Source: Octopus sinensis (taxonomy: Eukaryota). From it: a stretch of DNA of 64,000 nucleotides. Below are positions 56,994-64,000 of the stretch, in pieces. Within the stretch, counting starts at the first letter, position 1, and every line of letters starts with the position of its first letter. Both the position numbers and the translations under genes were made by a program. The stretch spans positions 64,790,001-64,854,000 of the forward strand of contig NC_043003.1 in assembly GCF_006345805.1 (NCBI RefSeq). The letters run 5' to 3'. A model generated the notes under the pieces. That model was not told the DNA's origin. It was given only the letters and a program-made list of their open reading frames with translations, and made no database searches.

Positions 56994-58934
56994 GAAATAA
57001 GAATAAACGAATAAAAGAATGCGTGTGTTCGTCTTTCTGTTTGTCCCTTTCACCATTATCCCTTGTAGGCTTACTTACGTCTCCATTACGAAGCGGATTG
57101 GCCAATATTCCTCAGCCGGGATCCATATAAGTATTAAGAGAGTTCTATATAGATGCAATATAGTAAATTTGGGATTCATGGTTATTTTTCAGAGTCTATG
57201 AAAAAAATGTGCTTCAGACCAGTGAATTATATGTGCAATAAATTGATTATACGACTGTAATACACAAAATATTTAAATAATTTATATACAATTCCTAATA
57301 ATATCTATATTTCATTTTAACTAATAAAACTCTGTGATTGCTTGCTTGCGTGCGTGCTTGTCTGTTATTTAATACAGCGAGACCCGGCGCATAATGGGAA
57401 AATACTTTGAAAGTAAATTACCTCTGAAATGTGAATACAAACAGAATAAAACAAGTTCCACGTAAATCGGACCACGGATTCCAGAGATACGCGGTTGTTT
57501 TTTAGTACCTTCATAAGTAGCCAAAACGGTGCATAAAGGGAAAATACTCCGAAAGTAACATAACCCTGAAATGGGAATATATAATACTGTGAAAATTGCT
57601 TCCATAAATTTATGTTTACGTTACATAACAATTCCTTTTGCATTTTTGTACATACGCCATAAATAGATGCTGTTACTGGAGTTTATCCCGGAAGTTCTAT
57701 TTCTATTAGATGCAGTAAATAATCAATAAAGTATTAATCCATTAACTGCTAATTTTTTTAAATTCATATTTTTTGGCTTTGATAGGTACCTTAGCAGTTA
57801 AAATGATATATAGTATTTAAATTTTCTTCATATGTGAATTATTTTGGAAATTCTGATAAATTTTTCGAAAAGTTCCAAATAGAGATTGCTGAAAAAAAAG
57901 CATATTTATCCTTTTCTATTCAATTGCATTAATAAACATTTCAGCTTTTTTTTTTAAACAATAGTATCAGATGTGGATGTTTATGAAATATCAATGAATG
58001 ATATAGATGGGAAATGCAAAAAGAATTTTTAAAATGTTTTCAAAGCTGTCAATATTTTTGTAGTTCAAAAATTGTGATTTATGACATAAAATGTCCTCTA
58101 GAATTAACCAGATCTAATAATGACAAACTTTAACTACTAAATATTGTTAAACACACTTCTGCAAATGCAATGTCATAATTCACTTTTAAAACAGCGAACA
58201 ATCGGCAGTGAAACTGTTTTTAGCAGATCCTCAAACGGGGTTCATGACAGGCATTGGGTTAAGACACGAACGAATTGAAATATTTAACTGAAATCATCAT
58301 AAAATTAGCTTTGATTTACATTACAATGTTGAAATCAGCTTCAATGCTTTATAACCTGAATCGTCAGTGACCCAAAGGGGTCACGGGTAGTCTTGTTTAA
58401 TTATAAAAATATAATAGGATATTTTAAACATCGGGTGGCTTTGAGGGTCTGCCCGAGCAAAAGAGGAATGTAAGGGTTCCATAGGCAAAAGGAAGCGATA
58501 GTATAAACGCCAGGCGATTTCTTCGACTAAAAAAAGAAAAAAAACCTTGCCAGACGGTGCCCCAGCATGGCTACAGTCAAAATAACTGAAACAAGCAAAT
58601 GGCCTGAGATAAAGGGGTTTATTTTAAATCCTCTCCCTAGCAAAAAGGAAGAATGCCGGGACGGAATAAGTCACGTACTTACACACTTGCAAATCAAAAC
58701 CACACACCACACATGCACATACATTCATAATGGTATGTATGCATATGAAAATGTGTGTGGGTGGGTTGGTGGGTGTGCGATTATAGGAGTGTGGGCAAAT
58801 TAATCGACAAACTTATGTATAAATATTTACTTGTCTGAGCTGTCTGTTTTTATGAGACCACGCTTAAGCTTATATATACATACGCACAACATCCGTATAT
58901 ACGTGAATGTGATCGTATAAAAGTTAATGTATAC

Positions 58935-58972
<38 letters not shown>

Positions 58973-59393
58973 CATATGTTTATATATGTGTATGAGTGCT
59001 TGAGTCTGTGCGTATATTCCACATAGTCACAAATACAGACACAACACTTATATATGCAATAGGGACCAACGGTGGGGAGGAAGATTGACAGAGAGCAAAT
59101 AGAAGAGAAAAACGCACACACACACACATGCACATACACATGTACACACACACACACACGCGCGCATTGAGAAACAAGCAGAAACACACAGAAACAAGTA
59201 CACACACATATATATGTTTGTGTACATGTATGTTTATATGTGTGTATACATGAATATATAAATATATATGTGTGTGTGTGTTTATACATATACATATACC
59301 GTGTTGTGATTATATACATGCATACATTTATAAGTGGGATAGTATATATATATATTATATATATATATATATAGATATATATACATATATATA

Positions 59394-59441
<48 letters not shown>

Positions 59442-60011
59442 CAACGTATATATATACATATTGAAATTTATATATATGTATGTATATATGCATGTATGTA
59501 TATGTATGAATGTGTCTAGAATACGCACGCACACACATTTATATAAGTTGGAGAGAGAAGGAAAAAGGAGAGTGTAAGCGTATGTGTGAGAAAGAGCGAG
59601 AGAGAAAGAGAGAAAGAAAGAGAGAGAGAGATGTAAATGTATAAACATGCACACATACATTTGCAGGCATCGTAAACACCTGATTTATATGGACATTTGC
59701 CAAATACAAAGGTATTCTTTAAGAAAATAAAATAAGACATTTTATCCTTAATTAGAAAAGAGATAATTAGTTTTCAGCTAGAGGTAACTGACTAAACACA
59801 CATATAATCGTTATACAAGGTTTAATCGGTCTTGGGTAAATAAAATAGAAATGAAAAGAAAAAAAATATATATTCACATACGTGCTTTTGCACTGGCATA
59901 CATGCCTATATGTGAGTGTGTATGGGTGTGTGAGTGCGTGCGTGTGTGTGCGTACGCGCACGTATGACTCTCTTTCTTTCTCTCTCTATCTATCTATCTA
60001 TCTATCTATCA

Positions 60012-60069
<58 letters not shown>

Positions 60070-60148
60070 ACATATGTGTATGTATGTATATATTTATATA
60101 TATATAGATAGATAGATAGATACATATATACAATATATCTATGTGTAT

Positions 60149-60199
<51 letters not shown>

Positions 60200-60405
60200 G
60201 GATGTAGACATACATGCATACATTCATACATACATATATATGTAGTATATTCACATACACGTATAAAAACGCCCACTTTCGTGCAAAGACTCAAGCAAGT
60301 ACCCAAAGGTACAAATAAACGCACATATATATATACATACGCATAAACATACATAAATACATCCATCCATCCATACATACATATATATATATACACAGAC
60401 ATTTA

Positions 60406-60468
<63 letters not shown>

Positions 60469-60774
60469 TATATATATACATGCCTACATGCATACACATA
60501 TAAATACATGCCTGCATGCGTACATGCACAAACATGGCCACAGAACTATATCTGCCATCACATGTATACTCAACCAGTTAATATGCACATCTATACATTT
60601 TCGCACAGAAACTCATCCATACTCACAAGGACGAACATGCTGCCTGTATACACATGCTCTCATATTTTTATCACAAATGCAAACTATCAAATGTGCAGAT
60701 GTACACACACACAGAAATGTGTGCTCTGGTGTATGCGTGTGTAACTATATGTATATACTTATATGTATCTGCAT

Positions 60775-60817
<43 letters not shown>

Positions 60818-60819
60818 TA

Positions 60820-61270
60820 CATTCTAACATAAGGATATACTTTTTCAAAAAAAAAAAAAGAGATTTTATCAGTGAAATACCGTTCAATGTGAAAGTATAA
60901 ACAATTATAAATAAGGGCAAAAGAAAAATATTTCTGTGCCAATATGCTGAAAAGTAGACCTTTGAACGTCTAACCACACACAATATTTTTCACTATAAAT
61001 ACGCAGTTTCTTCCATGGCTATATGAGATTGTCCATTTATTTCCAATCGTGTTTCTCGCTGAAGAAGGAAGAATCCTTGTGGATTAATCCAGAAATCGGT
61101 CCGATTCGGGAATAACGAATTAAAAAAAAAACATTCTGTTAGCTTGCTTTCCTCGTTTCAGCATGCTGTGTATTTAAAGAAAAAAATATTGTATGTGATT
61201 AGACGATCTAAAGTCTACTTTTCAGCATATTGGTAAAGAATTTTTTTATCTTTTGCCCTTATTTATAATC
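60820..61270. mobile_element. Fold-back pLTR-like element (arms about 60904-61005 and 61166-61269)
   Basis: attataaataagggcaaaaga..ccaatatgctgaaaagtagac and its reverse complement, with a hammerhead in the spacer. Confidence 0.72.
61056..61104 (+). ncRNA. Type I hammerhead motif
   Basis: tcg CUGAAGA a gga..tcc a GAAAU cg GUC cga. Confidence 0.65.
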
Positions 61271-61305
61271 ATATATGTACATGTCTGTGTATGTATATGT
61301 GAGTG

Positions 61306-61349
<44 letters not shown>

Positions 61350-61352
<3 letters not shown>

Positions 61353-61497
61353 TTGAAGTAGATAAATGAATTATTATACGGATAATTCAAATGATAACCG
61401 ATACCTGGTAGCAAAAATCACAACAGAAAAAGCACGGTTGAAATTACGACCATGGGGCATAAAATCCGTGCCTTAGTGCGGAAATTTGAAGTTTTTA
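61350..61497 (-). mobile_element. 3' tail of the 10371 family, in (TA)n
   Basis: Reverse-complement similarity to 10775-10930. Confidence 0.7.
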
Positions 61498-61503
61498 TAT
61501 ATA

Positions 61504-61534
<31 letters not shown>

Positions 61535-61964
61535 ATACATACATATTCTTTTATATATATATATATATACATACATATTCTTTTATTCGTTTACTTGTTT
61601 CAGTCGTTTGACTACGACCATACTGGAGCACCGCCTTTAGTCGAACAAATCAACCCCAGGAGTAATTCTTTGTAAGCCTAGTACTTATACTATCGGTCTC
61701 TTTTGCCAAACCTAAATGCAAATTCAATGTACGAATTGTAATTAAATTATTGAGTATTAATTGAAACGGCTGTAAGAAGCGCAGATGACCAGTTTGTTGT
61801 TAACCTCCTCATCTCCATTTTCTTTTCTTCTTTTAACTGGATATAAACTATATGTTTAATATATACCTATTGTTTTAAGGGAATTTAAATCCCCCCAAAT
61901 ACTAGGTATTGAACCGGTATTTCCTTGGATGCAACCGTCCCTTCCAGAGGTTAACATTTCCCCC

Positions 61965-62011
<47 letters not shown>

Positions 62012-62058
62012 TATTATATATACTATATATATATATAATATATATACACACATACATA

Positions 62059-62262
62059 GAGTAATCCTTCGACTATCGCGGGTGTTACTTTCCAAAACAC
62101 CCCGCGATAGGTGAAAATCTGCGAAGTAGAAACAGCACTGTATTGTATATCTTTTAAATATTTATAATCTGTATACACTTATTTTATTATTAATGCAAAA
62201 GAACACCACGGGGGAATCGGCGTAAGCTTAGATAATAAACCGCGATAGGTGAACCGGGATAT
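62059..62262. mobile_element. pogo/Tigger-like MITE, partial
   Basis: Reverse match to 21540-21957. Confidence 0.65.
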
Positions 62263-62308
62263 GTGTGCGTGTGTGTGTGTGTGTGTGTGGTGTGTATGTA
62301 TATATATA

Positions 62309-62344
<36 letters not shown>

Positions 62345-62428
62345 AGATATAATATATATGTATATATATATAAAGATATATATATAGTTATGCCTGCAAA
62401 TATGTGTGTGTATATGTATATGTATGCG

Positions 62429-62465
<37 letters not shown>

Positions 62466-62472
62466 GTATATA

Positions 62473-62863
62473 CTCTTTTACTCTTTTACTTGTTTCAGTC
62501 ATTTGACTGCGGCCATGCTGGAGCACCGCCTTTAATCAAGCAACTCGACCCCGAGACTTATTCTTTTGTAAGCCCAGTACTTATTCTATCGGTCTCTTTT
62601 GCCGGACCACTGAGTAACGGGGACATAAGCACACCAGCATCGGTTGTCAAGCAATGCTAGGGGGACAAAACACACACACAACACAAACACACACACACAC
62701 ACGCATATATACATATACATATATACGACGGGCTTCTTTCAGTTTCCGTCTACCAAATCCACTCACAAGGCTATAGTAGAAGACACTTGCCCAATATGCC
62801 AAGGACTGAACCCGGAACCATGTGGTTGGTAAACAAGCTACTTACCACACAGCACTCCTGCGC
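62473..62863 (-). mobile_element. SINE family A
   Basis: Family similarity. Confidence 0.88.
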
Positions 62864-62921
62864 ATATTATATATATATATATATATTATATATATATATA
62901 TATATATGTTGTGTGTGTGAA

Positions 62922-62966
<45 letters not shown>

Positions 62967-63969
62967 TCACACACACAACATATACTTACAAACATGCATG
63001 CAAATGTATATGTAATTCCACAATGAAAGAAGATGATGTGCAAATAAGTAAAAAATTTCGTTGAAAATTTAAGCTGGCAAAAGAAATGAGATGACGAAAT
63101 ATTTGTGTATTTTGGAGAGAATGAAAGGCAAAGTCGACCACGGTGGAATTCGAACTCAGAACGGAAAGAAGGACGGAAAAACCACTAAGGATATATCGCC
63201 CGTCGTGCTAACGATTCAGGCGGCTGACCGTCTTGAGACGAAGGAATGCTGGTTTGGGTTTTTATCCATTATAAACTGAGAAATTAGGCTACATAGGAGA
63301 CTAGAATGTTCTGCGTATTCGAGAAGTGAAAGAAAATAATCTGTCCGTCTGTCTGTCTGTCTGTCTGTGTGTCTGTTGATTGGTTGTTTTCTGTATGAAT
63401 ATATGGGTTATGATCTGGAAAGTTGTTTACGATGGATACGATATCTTCACATTTGAATTAAATTTAATTTTATTTGTTTAAAAAAAAATATTTGATTTGA
63501 TTTTATTTGCTGCTGGAATCTTTACATAGAGTTGTTTTTCAAGCTGGAATTTGATAGAAAGTTTTGGTTTAAAAAAAAAAAAAAAAAAAAATTGTGTTAA
63601 TAAAACAGACATGTTTTCTTACATGGGAATGGTGGAGCTATGATGAAGTAGTGCGAAATTTGATTCGCTTAATAAAGACGCATTTTACACACAAACATAC
63701 ACAGACAAATCTCACATATACAGACGGAGAAAGAGAGAGAGAGAGGGGGGGGGGGATGGAGAAAGTTTGTTCTGGTTTAAAAAAAATCTCATGCAACAAA
63801 AAACGTTTTCATACAACAAAATCGTGACGATATGATGGAGTGATGTGAAATTTGATTCGTTTATTAAGGAATATACAGGCATACAAACCCGCGTACACAC
63901 ATGTGTGTGCTTGTGTACACCATATATATATATACACATACATGCCGTATTTATGTATATGCATGTATA

Positions 63970-64000
<31 letters not shown>

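Overview
Eukaryotic, AT-rich, microsatellite-saturated DNA with no recognisable host exon. The SINE families and the (TA)n/(CA)n/(TATC)n load suggest an octopus or other cephalopod intron or intergenic region (inference). Almost all ORF-track entries are microsatellite or repeat read-throughs. The real content is mobile DNA: several tRNA-derived SINE families, decayed L1/Tx1-like and R4/Dong-like LINEs, a Penelope-like GIY-YIG remnant, two mariners, hAT elements, a pogo-like MITE, Helitrons, a minisatellite and one 100-N gap. The most notable signal is a dense set of short elements, mostly next to (TA)n and often folded back into 75-200 bp inverted repeats. They carry type I hammerhead-ribozyme motifs: seven well-formed copies, some with unusual cores, plus remnants. 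I read these as Penelope-like pseudo-LTR or retrozyme relics. A second signal is a SINE subfamily that shares its 3' end with an L1/Tx1-like LINE in the same window. Coordinates were counted by eye and repeat boundaries are approximate.
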